Source: Rhynchobatus australiae
Taxonomy: Eukaryota
NCBI GenBank assembly: GCA_034780895.1
Contig: JAUZTB010000087.1
Coordinates: 66,050,988-66,114,987, forward strand
DNA: 64,000 nt
Direction of reading: 5' to 3'
Position numbers and translations under genes: made by a program
Shown: one piece after another, positions 37,626 through 50,320 of the stretch
How the letters are laid out: every line of letters starts with the position of its first letter
How positions within the stretch are numbered: position 1 is the first letter of the stretch
Notes under the pieces: generated by a model
Seen by the model: only the letters and a program-made list of their open reading frames with translations
Told to the model about the DNA's origin: nothing
The model's database searches: none

Positions 37626-40383
37626 AATTACTCATCACCTCTGAGCTTGCTGACCTAAACTGGTACCTTGACTTTAAGATTTTTGCCCTCATTGTCAAAT
37701 CCTTCTCCTGCCCTTCAGTCCTCAGAGATCTCCTTCCAACTCAGGCCTCATTCTGTTTTCTGATCACCAATGGCAGCCATATCTTCAGCAGGTAATCTCT
37801 CTCCTCTATTAAGACTCCGTAAACTCAATCTCCTTGACCAAGTTTTTGATCATCATTTTCCTCTTTTTATGAAGCTTTGCTTGTTTGACTAAAGCTCCTT
37901 GGGATACTAAAGGTACTGTATAAATGAGAGTTGTTGTTTAAATTGAAATGTCTTCTGTCCAAATCAAAATTTCATTGATGACATGATGAGAAGAAATATT
38001 TTTCATATAGGTAAGACACAATGCCATTTTTTTTAAGACAATAAAATGATTCATGTTTGGACCCATGGAGTCACTCATTAGTTGGTCCCGTGTGGGAGAA
38101 TTTTCTGACCNNNNNNNNNNNNNNNNNNNNNNNNNNNNNNNNNNNNNNNNNNNNNNNNNNNNNNNNNNNNNNNNNNNNNNNNNNNNNNNNNNNNNNNNNN
38201 NNNNNNNNNNNNNNNNNNNNNNNNNNNNNNNNNNNNNNNNNNNNNNNNNNNNNNNNNNNNNNNNNNNNNNNNNNNNNNNNNNNNNNNNNNNNNNNNNNNN
38301 NNNNNNNNNNNNNNNNNNNNNNNNNNNNNNNNNNNNNNNNNNNNNNNNNNNNNNNNNNNNNNNNNNNNNNNNNNNNNNNNNNNNNNNNNNNNNNNNNNNN
38401 NNNNNNNNNNNNNNNNNNNNNNNNNNNNNNNNNNNNNNNNNNNNNNNNNNNNNNNNNNNNNNNNNNNNNNNNNNNNNNNNNNNNNNNNNNNNNNNNNNNN
38501 NNNNNNNNNNNNNNNNNNNNNNNNNNNNNNNNNNNNNNNNNNNNNNNNNNNNNNNNNNNNNNNNNNNNNNNNNNNNNNNNNNNNNNNNNNNNNNNNNNNN
38601 NNNNNNNNNNNNNNNNNNNNNNNNNNNNNNNNNNNNNNNNNNNNNNNNNNNNNNNNNNNNNNNNNNNNNNNNNNNNNNNNNNNNNNNNNNNNNNNNNNNN
38701 NNNNNNNNNNNNNNNNNNNNNNNNNNNNNNNNNNNNNNNNNNNNNNNNGTGACCAACCAGAGCTGGCAAGCCCTAAGCTATTAGCAGTTTAAAATAAAGG
38801 CCCCCGATGGAGAATCTGCAAATGTGACATTAGAATTTGCTAAATCAGATAAATCAAAGATCATCCCAGCAGCTTAAAATGGACTGCCTGATCTGTCTGA
38901 GGCTTTTCAAACCAAGGGAAATAATCCTAAGGCAGAGAGTGGAGGGAACCAAGGGGCTAAAGTGTCAACTATGGACACTTTGTAAGACCAGAACAATATT
39001 ACAATTGAATAACAAGGACAGAAGAAGGGTGAAGGAGATGAGGGGAGACTTGTATCAAGTACACACACACACACACAATTACAAATACAAAAACATACAT
39101 GGATACAAACATACAAAGGTATACTCATGTTATCTTGTGAAGGGTCGAAGAAATAGAACAACCTGCAACATGCTACGTTGAGAACTGAAAATGCTGTAAT
39201 CTATTTATTCACAGGACACAAATGTATCTGGCAAGATTGCCATATATTTTCTGCCCCTAGTTACCGGGAGACGGCAGTGGTGAGCCAGCTGCTCGAGCCC
39301 GTTACTTGTGTGGGGAAGTACTCCCGCAGTGCTGCTCAAGGGTCAGAATTCATTAGGAGATAAATCGAAGAAATAAAAGATGCTTATGAGGCAAAAGGAG
39401 TGAAATTATGAAGGAGCTAGGCAATTAGGCAGATAGAAAATGAAAGCACACAAAACTGGCACCATGCAATAAGCATGACCCATGGCCCAGTGGTGGCAGT
39501 CCTGCCTCGGTGACAGAAGGTTGAGATTTGAGTTGGTTTCTGTACTGCAGGTAATATTTTTCCATAAGACATTAAACCTAAGCCCTGCCCGTCCCTCTTA
39601 GCTTGATATAAATGACCCGGCGGCACAGCTTGAAGAACAGCAAGGTGATTATCCCTTGTGACCCGATCAATTTTTTTTGTAATTCAATCGGTTAAAATAC
39701 CTGACAGTTTATAACACTGGTTGCCCACGGGATCTTGCTGTGTACAGATTGGCTGCCACATTTCCCACAACATTTACACTTCAAAACTACTTCATTGGCT
39801 GTGAAGCATTTCGGGATGATGTGATGTACAGAGCTACAGCAATGCAAGTTAGTCTTCCATACTGGTATCCAGAGGCCCATGGCCTGACAAAAGAAAAGAG
39901 CAGATGAACGCCAGCGACATTGACAACCTCAGATTCATAGAGTCATACAGCATGGAAACTGGCCTTCAGCCTGAGTCCACACTGACCATCAACATCCCAT
40001 TTACACTAATACTATTTTAATCTCCCCCCATTCACATCAGTTCCCCCTAGATTCTACCATTCACCTACACGCTGGGGTAAATTACAGCGGCCAATTAACC
40101 TACCAACCACCATGCCTCTGGAATGTGGGAGGAAATGTGGGATAGAAGAACATCAGAGCACCTTATGTCTCAGGGAAACACTGAGCTATACAGGTTTGAC
40201 GTTATTAAAATTAGTGCAACTGGCCAGCTGAAAAGTGATGAATAGGTAGAAAATGTGCTGTTCCTCCAAGCCCAAGAGCTTTACAACTTTTGCAGCACAC
40301 AAGCAAGATGTCAGCCTTGCCCTGGCTGCTAGCTCTCAGCCTCTAAAACTGAAGGTCATGGGTTCACATACTGCTCTAGAGTC

Positions 40384-40785
40384 TTTTTTTAATTTCAGAA
40401 ATAAACTTTATTCATAAAAAATATACAAGAAATACAAAAACAGTGCATGGCTTTCTTTACATTCATATCCATGTGGTCTCCTTGGATGATACAAACTTTG
40501 GGTGTCTGAGAGGCTTTTACACACAGTTTTGCTCCTCAATGCCCAATGGCAGCAGGACCTTAGACTGTATCCTTCCCCATAAAACCTTTGCATTGGCTGC
40601 ACCAAGCTTCAGTGCATCCCTTAACATGCAGTTCTGTAGTCTAGTCTGTGCCAGTCAGCAGCATTCCCTTATAGACATCTCATTGTACCAGAAGACCATC
40701 ACGTTCTGGGCAGATCAAAGTGCATCTTTTACCAAATTGGTCAACTTCCAGCAGCACTTAACGTTTGTCTCGGAATATGCCCATG
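40384..40785 (-). mobile_element. Tx1-like LINE 3' end nested in a Deu-SINE
   Basis: Homologous to 17472-17990 (ggctgcaccaagcttcagtgcatccctta); SINE head on the left (40345-40383) and SINE body on the right (40790-41140). Confidence 0.7.
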
Positions 40786-43700
40786 CTCAGAGTTTTGCAT
40801 GCACAATCCAGGGTAATACTTCTGTACAAAACTGAGGGAGTATTCTGTTAGCAGATTGCACTAATGGGCACATCGCCTTGTCAGAGACATTAGATGTAGT
40901 TCCTATTTGTTCTCTCAAAAGAAAGTAAAATACCTCATGTCTTTATTTTTAAAAGCTGGACTGAGAGAGTTTCCTTGCCAATACATCCACTAAGATTTCA
41001 AGAAAACTTACCTGGTCATTTACTTGCAGTATTCAAATTAGCCCTCATGTTTCCTATTACATCAGTGACAACACTGGCAAAGCATCTTGTTGTCTGCAAG
41101 ATATTTTGGCATATTCTGAGGCAATGAAGTTGCATTTTCTTCTACCTGTAACATGTACCTTCATATTTTCTTATGACAGAAGGAGGCCATCAAGCCTTTG
41201 CCAGTTCTCAGAGTATTCTGCTCAGTCCCATCCCTCTCCCTTATTTCCCCCGTAACTTTCTCTCTCACATGGACAACTTTGTTGGTGAATTACTTTAACT
41301 CTGGGAAGGGAACCAGAAGGTGGTGTACAGTGGGTTCAGGCTCGGGCTGGGGAGTGAGAACATGTATGAGACCTGCCTCTTGTGACAAGTAACGTCTGTC
41401 ACAGCCAGAAACAGATCCCACTCTCACTTGAAGGAATCCAACATGGAGCAAGGTCAGAGTGCTCCTGAAATTCTAAAAGAAAGACACGTGTTCTGGTGGG
41501 GTCATTATGGTTAAGATTGAATCCTTGTTCCTGATGGACAACAGGGGTAAAATGGACCTGTTTGACAGAGCTCCGTTCTGTGTTCCAATGCCTCAAGTTT
41601 TTACTCCTGGTTGGAAAAACACAGGAAAGAATGACAGTGCTCCACTTGCAACTGAATGTTTCAAAATCACAGCTGTGTGGACTTGAATAAGTCCATAGAT
41701 ACAAACATCACTCACATACAGGTACTCAATCAGTGTGGATTGGTTGGTTTGGCAATATACTTAACATAAACTTCCCAGTGCACTATAAGTAAAGCTCAGT
41801 TTTTAATTACAAAAAACATTTTTAATTTAGTCTCTTCTTTTTGCTTTCCATAATTAATTTTGCAGCATAGAAAATCCAGCTTCTCTTTCGTCAGACTCAT
41901 TTGCCTTCATCCTGTGTCCAAATCAGGTCAAGTTAAAAACGCATATAGCAAGTCAGTCTGGAACATGGACCTTTACATCTGGTGTTACTCGAGAAATGTG
42001 GGCAGGAAATATACAGACTTGTTCAAGCCACAGACTGGCACTACAAGATGGTAATCCTCCAATAGCAGTACTGGAAATTGTTTTTATTCCTTTTGCGAAG
42101 GACAGTGTCAATTAAACAGAACCTGTGGGGAGCTGCAAGAGCCCATCGATCACATCTGGCCCAAATTATAAGCTCGCANNNNNNNNNNNNNNNNNNNNNN
42201 NNNNNNNNNNNNNNNNNNNNNNNNNNNNNNNNNNNNNNNNNNNNNNNNNNNNNNNNNNNNNNNNNNNNNNNNNNNNNNCCCAAATTATAAGCTCTCAGTT
42301 GGGGGGGGGGGAGGCAATGTAAGTTTTCTGCCCCTTCAAAAGCAGGAACTCACAGCTCAAGATTGCATCCATTTCAATACAGTAGCTAGCAGTCTTGTTC
42401 ATTGAAATCATGTGGAGGCGTTGCATGTGTAGGGCAGGATGGACTTCAAAGGACAGAGCTGAACTACATGGATGGGTGAAAAGCAGCTGTGTCTAGCCAA
42501 TCTCACAAGCTCTGTGAGCTATTCTTACTCAGTGCTGGCTTGACCCCCATGCTTCTCAAAGTTAAAGCAATTCAGCAAATTACAAGGGGCATGCTGTAGG
42601 GGGAAGTAAACTGGACTGCAGTTTGGTACTGAGTCTCTCTCCCCTTCCCTGCACAGAAACAGGCCCTGCCCTTTGACCCAAACCACCCCCCCCCCCCAAA
42701 TTACAAGGTCTCTTAGGGAGGCAAGGGTATAAATCAGAAACACTCAGGCTAAAACTCCTGGAAGATCCCCACTTGACGACCACCTTAGGCAATCAACATT
42801 AGTCCAGGAGACACTCTTACCCCAATTCACATCACATATGCCCATCTCTTATGAAGAGCGACACAAGACTGTTACTGCCAGACATGAATCCAGCCCTCAC
42901 TTGAAGCAATTTAGAACACAGAAGCAAAGTTAAAAGTGATCCCTAAATTCTAAAAAGAAAGCATTCTGGCAGGTTCACTGTGGACTAGGCAAAGAAGAGG
43001 AAAAATGGACCAATTTCACAGAGCTCCATTCCATATGGTAAGATGCCTGAAATAGGTTGGGAGCTTTGATGGACCTTGGGCAGTGGTCAAGCATCATGAG
43101 CTTCCAACTTAAGCACAAGTTAGACCACATGAATATGCTCTGCCCAAATATTCGTACACTGATGTGGCAACAAGGCCACGACACATTTTGTATCCTACCT
43201 ATACATGGAGCCAGCAGGAAATCAGTGCTTTTCTCCCAGCTCAGCGCATTCCCAAAGGCCTTCACTCATGCCATGCAACGGTCTGTATCTCAACTCTAAT
43301 CATCCTTATTTGTTCCATTTCTTACCACCAGACCCACCAAAACTGATCTCTCTCAGTCTTAGATGTGGACTCCCAGCATCTACAAACGCTTGTGATTATG
43401 GAGTTGAGTGGTAACATTACAAACTCGAGAGCCTAGCAATTCTTTAATTCCTATTAATAGCATTAAGAGAGCATTGCTGGTCAGCCTGGTGCTGCATGTG
43501 GAAGCCTATGAAGATCAAGACCTTCATTTGAAAGACTCACAGAATAGTGTTGTTAGGTTATGTCAGTTTCAGCACTGGCCTCTGTATTGATTACAAGTTC
43601 TCTCAGCTGCAAGTATTTTGCCTGGGAGCTGCAATCTTGTGCAATCTTTTAAAGGAATTGCCACAATATAACAGCACTCTTCCAGCTACAGAGAAAAGTG

Positions 43701-44349
43701 TTTCTACTTAATGAATGAATGGATGCTGCAATGATGAGGGGGAAGTGGAAGGCTGCTCCCAGAGAGACCTCGACAGCCTGTTCTTTGTCTAAGGGGGTCT
43801 CAGTGATCTTCCAGGACCATAGTAAAGTGCTTCTGCTAGGAGATTACCAGAGAGGTCTCTGTAAGGATATGAGGGCAGTCTCTGAATGCCGACAACAGCT
43901 AAAGGGAAATGAGAGTCTTTTTTTCCCCTTGTATATGGAGTTTGGTTACTGTCCTCCTGCTCTTTCCCCTTCACTGTACCTCCCCACCCCATTTCCCCCA
44001 ATGCAGCAGTGAGCAGCAAACTGTGGGACGTGACAGAGATCAGCAGCAATTAGCCTGCAATGGTCCTGAGGCTCGGAAGCTGAGCGTGATCAGGAAATCA
44101 CAATTCTCAGCGAGGATGAGAACTGCAGTGCGATTGCTTCAGGGAAGCAGCATTAAGTAAAATCCAGCTGGAGATCAATTTTTCATTTTACCACTTTCTG
44201 TGCCTCTTTGTGGCACTTTACGCTAGGAAAACATTCTAGGGCAAACAAAAATCCTGCCGAGAAGTCAGAAGGCAAATTTCCCAGTGGTGTAAGACATCCA
44301 AAAATGAATGTAATATTATCGTACTCAAGGCAGAGGCAATTTTCCTTCG

Positions 44350-44565
44350 GGAGCTCCAGTTTCCTCCCACATCCCAAAGACATGCCAATTGATAGGTTAA
44401 GTGGCCACTTAGATAACCCATCGTGTGCACATGAGTGACAGGATCTGAGGGGAGTGGATAGGAATGTGGAGAGTCCAGGTAGGATTAGTGTAAAAACAGC
44501 TGCTTCATGCTCTGCACGGACTCAGTGGGCTGAAGAGCCCGTTTCATGCTGTTTCTCTCTATTAC
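44350..44565 (+). mobile_element. V-SINE 3' part
   Basis: gctccagtttcctcccacatcccaaagac core plus tail. Confidence 0.65.
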
Positions 44566-45057
44566 TATGAACACAATATCATGGGAATACAGCAGTACTA
44601 GAGAAAGGGCCAAAATATCAAACTAATACCCTTTTTGCTCTCTTTGTGGCCAAAAGCATTCTATGGTATTACTTCAAAAAAAAAGCATTGAATCTCCTGC
44701 CTCACATCTGTTCCTCAACCATCACCAAAGCCAACCACCTAACCATTCCTGGTTTTGAGACATCGCTTTACACATTTCCCACATTAAAACATTAGATGAA
44801 TTTCAGAAAAGTACTGTTGTCTGTGATGTGCTTTGGCACACCTTGAAGATNNNNNNNNNNNNNNNNNNNNNNNNNNNNNNNNNNNNNNNNNNNNNNNNNN
44901 NNNNNNNNNNNNNNNNNNNNNNNNNNNNNNNNNNNNNNNNNNNNNNNNNNAGTTTTCTTTGCATTGAGATTACAAGGGGAATATTTCTGCAACTCTCATC
45001 AAATTAGACATTACAGGTGTTGTTGAGGTAACAGCTTTTGCTGCCACTTTTGAAACA

Positions 45058-45071
45058 GTAACCATGGAAAC
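45058..45071. promoter_or_regulatory. RFX X-box-like site GTAACCATGGAAAC
   Basis: 14-bp imperfect palindrome matching the GTTGCCATGGCAAC-type consensus at 11/14 positions, in apparently unique sequence. Confidence 0.4.
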
Positions 45072-46343
45072 AATTGGTTGTTAGTCAGTGAGGCAATCTC
45101 AAACAGAGGGTTAAAACTCCTGATGTGATCACTGCGTCTTTTTCAAATTACCACCACGAAATAGACCAGTCTGTGGAAAACTCAATCACCTCACGACACC
45201 GGATCATTGTTTTAACCCCTCCATCAGCTAAACAGCTACTGAGTCCCCAAAACAATGTGAATACAAAATAATCCTTGCCACACACAACCACAGACATCCC
45301 AAAAAAGCAAGTGAAGAAAGAAATCTCTATTCTAAACAGTGCGATCACTTTGAACCAATTATAGTCACATCAAAACTGGGGATCACAAGTAAATAAAATA
45401 ATGCATTTATTAGCAAGCTACAGTAATCATAGACCACTGGATACTTCCCAAAGAAAAAGGAAAGACCCATCCAAAGAAAACTGACCCCTGCTTTTCTGCA
45501 AGGCTTATCCCTAAGATACATGGAAAAAGTAATACATTGCATTGTACATCCACGTTGTCATACACACAACACACCACTTTAAAAACTTCACTTTTTTTTT
45601 AAAAAACTGTATATATTCAAAAAATGCTATTTAGTTTTTTTTTAAAAAAAGAGCACAAGGTTTCCTACAAGTTTGACTGAAAGTGCACAAGAGGGTGGAA
45701 CCTCCCACTGTCTCCACTAATCCGGTCCCACAGCTGTCGGCAGTGAATAGGCAGCCATTTGATACCCACCAGTGGATTCCAACCGGGCTCTGATTGTCTG
45801 GACATAGCTGAGAGAAAGGTCACCATCACAGCACTATCAAACTGGAGGTTTAGCAGCGGTGATCCAGCTGCCAGTAGCCCAAGTAGTCCAAACCCCACTC
45901 TCTATCAAGCTAATAGGCACGCCTGAAGCAAACAGGAAAATCGAATATACAATGACAGGAAAAATCAACTCCACCTAAAACCACCTCCGTCAAAGTGTGG
46001 CAAAGAGGGGAGGACTAGGCGGGACCTCCAATCTTCAGCCAGTCTGCCAGTGACCCTCCAGCTAAGTCTCTGCTTTCTGTCTCCAGTTTCAGCCCGAGCT
46101 CACTGAATAAACAAGGAGGATCAGGTTCTACTCAAGAACGTCTGCCTAACAATAACTTCTTGTCAACAGGACTTTTGGAATTTTCATCTTAGACATGACA
46201 AGGAGAAATGGCGCAATCTGTAATGTAATTAAATACTCAGCAGAAAATAGGGGGCCTGTGATTCCCAAGCTCCTAACGGGAGACAATTTCTTTCCCACGA
46301 GCAAATATCAATTTACTGATTGCAACCGTGACATCAGCCAGAG

Positions 46344-47340
46344 CTGTATAATGTGGAACATCCCATACTGAAATCCCTGGATGTGTTACAGCCCATAACA
46401 AAACCGTGTAGGGTGTTGCGGCTTATACTAAACCACTTTAGTCTGTTACAGCCTCTAACGAACATGGCCTATAGTATGCTGCAGTCCATAATAACCCCCT
46501 TGTAGTAGGTTACAGCCCACAATGAAACCTTATAATCAGTTACGCCTACAATAAACCATAATAATCTATTACAGCCCATAGTAAGCCCCTATACTGTTAC
46601 AGACTATACCAAAACTTTAGTCTGTTACATGCTACAATGAATCTCATATTTGTTACAGCCTAAGAAGAAAATCAGTGCTGTCTGTTATAGCCTATCTTGA
46701 ACCTCCATTGTCTGTTGCAACCAATAACAAACCCCTGTAGTTAGTTATTGCTTATAATAAATGTATGTAATATCCTACAGCATATTATACACCTCTGTGG
46801 TTTCTCATATTCCATCATAAACCCTTGCAGTCTCTTACCATCTATAATGTACCCCTGAAGTCTCTTATTGTCCATAATAAACCCTGTAGTCGGTTACAGA
46901 CCATAATAAACTCCCATAACTTCTTTCAGCCTGTTATAAACTTCAGAAGCCTCTTACATCTTCTAATAAACCCCTCTAGTCTGTTATAGTCCATAATAAA
47001 GTCCTGTAGTCTGTTACAATTTTTGATAAACCACTGTCATCCATTACAGACCATAACAGACTGCAGTGGTCTCTTACAGTCCCTATAACACACTAATCTG
47101 TTACAGCTACAATAACACTGTGCTACATTCTATAATCAATGTATTGCATGCTATAATAAACCCGTACAGTCTGTTAAAACCTACAATGAACCCCAAGAAT
47201 GTAGCGCAATCTATAATAAAACTGCTCATAATTAAATTCTATGCATTGCAGCTTATAACTAATTTCTATAGTTTCACATTTCCAAAAAAATCCCTATATT
47301 ACAGTCCACAATAAACCCCATAGTCTGTTACAGCCTACAA
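46344..47340. repeat. Degenerate tandem array, ~30-bp unit (consensus ~gtctgttacagcccataataaacccctgta), roughly 33 units
   Basis: ttacag and ataaa motifs recur with a 30-nt period, clearest at 46860-47090. Confidence 0.85.
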
Positions 47341-50029
47341 AAGTAATCTTTTGCTTCCACAGATGCTGCTTGACCTGCTGCATTCTTCCAGCGTTCTGTT
47401 TATTGTTCGATGCTTTACGTAATTGGGTTCTAAAATAGCGCTGCTTCCATGGTTCTATAACAAAGCATTGTAAGCACCCAGATGTTAGAGGAGCAGCCCA
47501 CACCCAAATTCCATAGCACTTTAATTTTCCATACTCACCAGTCTCGAGCTGTTGAACTTTTGAGTGCTAGCCTTTCAATTGGCTCCCANNNNGCATGCTG
47601 TCAAGATCAAGAACTGAAGGACCTGGGGTTCTAACCAGTGGAGTGTTACAAGGAACTTTTCTCAAGTTGATTGACTGCAGAGTAGCAGCCATCAAAAGTA
47701 CCACAGTGTTGGTCTCTGGTAATCCCAAGGCAGTATTCTCACCACTAAGCCCAAAGGCTGTGGATTCCAGTCCCACTCCTGATACTGGAGCACAAAGTTT
47801 AGGATGACAATCTCAACTCAGCACCAAGGGGTGACCGCACTGTCAGGGGTGTCATCTTTTGAATGAGATATCAACTGAGGACCACATCAATTCACCCTCT
47901 TGGGTGGACACTATTTCAAAAGAGAAAATAAACTATTGTGCATCTTTATAAGTCACATCATCATGCTATGTGCCATAGCATCTGGTAGACCAGAGCTGTT
48001 GTGATCGGGGCAGAGGTCAGGCTAGGAAAGCCCGAGGAAGGTTAGGGTGGGAGATCAATGGGTGGGTGCGAATCTTGATATTGGGTGTTAGAGAGGGAGA
48101 TCAGCAGCAGGATTGGGGCAGGAGCTTGGTGGAGGGATCAAAATGAGAGTCATTAGAGGTGATGTGGTGGGTCAAGAGGAAGGGCTCTGGATGACAGATC
48201 AGCTCTGAATAGAGGTGGGAGTCACAGGCTGGGGAAATGGAGGGTCACAAAGGGAGAGTAATGCAGGATGAGGCACAATGAAGAACCGCGACAATAGCTT
48301 TGTATTTAACAGAGGACCAAGTTGAGGTGGGTTCCTGGCTTTGCAGGAACACATGGCCTGTTCTCTCCTTGGTCATGGATCTCAAAGTACAGGTGAACAT
48401 AGAACAATGCAGGACAGTATAGGTCCTTTGGCCCATGATGTTGTGCTGCCATTTTATCCTGCTCTGAGTGGTTCTCTTCATTGTTCATCACTGTACACAT
48501 CTGGATATATTCACATGTTAGTGCATCAAACACACAGAGGAACTGGCCAAAAACTCAGACTTGTGGTATTTGCAGAAAGTCCCCAATTTTTCTTTGAAGT
48601 TAGGTTTTCAGCGAAATTGGATTGGGTACCACACAAACATATGGCCCTACTCAATCTAATTTCCAGACCATAGTCAATGAGCCTGTGGTCTGGTCAAGAC
48701 TGAGCCCTGTGAACAGAACAATCCCGCTCTCCACTAATTTCCCACATTACTATTAACTCCTCCTTCACATTTTCCCATTAACTCCGACCAGATTCTTCCA
48801 CCCACCTACACCCAGGACAAACTACAGTAGCTAAAAACTTGTATTTACTTTAACAATCTCAGGAAGTACCACAACACTCCACAGCCAATGAAGGACTCTT
48901 TAAAAACAAATGCTGTTGCTGTCGAAACACAGTGGCCAACTTAGGTAAGGCAAGATCCCACAAACGATGAGATGCTGATCAGAACATTTTTTCTTTTATT
49001 TTGCTGATATTGTTTGAGGGATAAATATTGACCATGATCCTGGGATTATATCCCTTTGTTTCATCCAATAGTACTGTTCTTTTCTTTTACATGCACTTGA
49101 GAGGGCATACAGGAATCTAGCCAGCTGCACTCTTACTTGCCCACTTCAATACAGAAGGAGGTCATTCAGCCCACTGAGTCTCTGCCAGCTCCTAGCAGAG
49201 CAATCCAATCAATCCCACTCCCTTTGTAACTCTAACATTCTCTCTCTCCTATGAATTCCCCTTTGACTTTTTTTGGTCATTTACCTACACGAAGGGGTAG
49301 CTGTGCCACCATATTCAGCAATGAATGAATATGACCTCCAATGTGAAGCTGATTTTGATCTGGGATTCCTTTCCCCTGTTTGGCCTATTCCTCCTCTAGT
49401 TACGATGGCAACCTCATAGGGAGCTGTTTCTGCTGGAGGCTAAAGAACATGAGCAAGGTTTCATGCCAAAAAATATCCACTTGATGCTCCCCTCCCTCTG
49501 GGAACCTTCACTTATGCATGGAATTAAAAAGGGACAGGAACAGGTGAGAATGCATTAGTCAGAAGTGATTACTTGAGTGAAGTAGCATGACAATACAGTG
49601 ATCACATCCAATTGCTGTGAACAGACCAACATGTGATGCTTCTCCCATGAGACCTCATCAGTTCTTCCCCATTGCCTGTCTTAGAATGGTCAATTAATTT
49701 GATGGCTTAAAATGATGCTCACTTCTACTCACGGTTTCTCATCACTGAATGAGCATTCACTTCATTGGCTTGAAATATTAGCCCCTCAATGGATCTGAAT
49801 TACCAACTGCCTGATAATCTGCTCAGTGTATTATGTTTTGTGCATTGCTCCAAGCTGCATTGGCTGCCATCAATGTTGATCAGCTGACCACAGCATAAAC
49901 ACCTGTGGAGTGCAGCTCTAACAAAAGAGAATTTTGTCTGGAGGTCAGAGCACTAAGGGAATTGTCACACATCAGGATTGCTCCTGTGTTGCAGCAAACA
50001 CAGACAGAGCATCTAGGATCAAAGGCCAC

Positions 50030-50320
50030 AGGTCTAGAAGGCACAAGTTTGAGGTGAGAGGGGAGAAATTTAAAAGATCAGAGGAGTAAGTTTTTCCACA
50101 CAGAGGAGGGTGGTTATCAGGAACCAACAGCTGGAGAATATGGTAGAGGCAGATACAACTACAACATTTGAAAGGTGTTTGGACAGGTACTTGGATAGGA
50201 TAGGCATAGAGGAATACAGGTCTAAAGCAGGCATATGGGATTTACATAGACAGGCACGGTCAGTGTGGACAAGGTGGCTACGTTTCTGTGCAAAACAACC
50301 TTTCCTGAAGGCTGTGACTC
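50030..50320 (+). mobile_element. CR1 LINE 3' end
   Basis: Peptide VEADTTTTFERCLDRYLDR. Confidence 0.7.

Noticed and set aside
37938-38784. Long ORFs made of X (also at 1321, 19881 and 63022)
   Set aside because: Artefacts of N gaps.
42159-42296. Direct repeats flanking gaps (ccaaattataagctc here; aaacagacagtcaac at 16243/16358)
   Set aside because: Most likely unmerged contig overlaps on either side of 100-N gaps, not target-site duplications.
46344-47340. CRISPR-like array
   Set aside because: Contiguous degenerate units with no unique spacers, no cas genes, and a vertebrate context.
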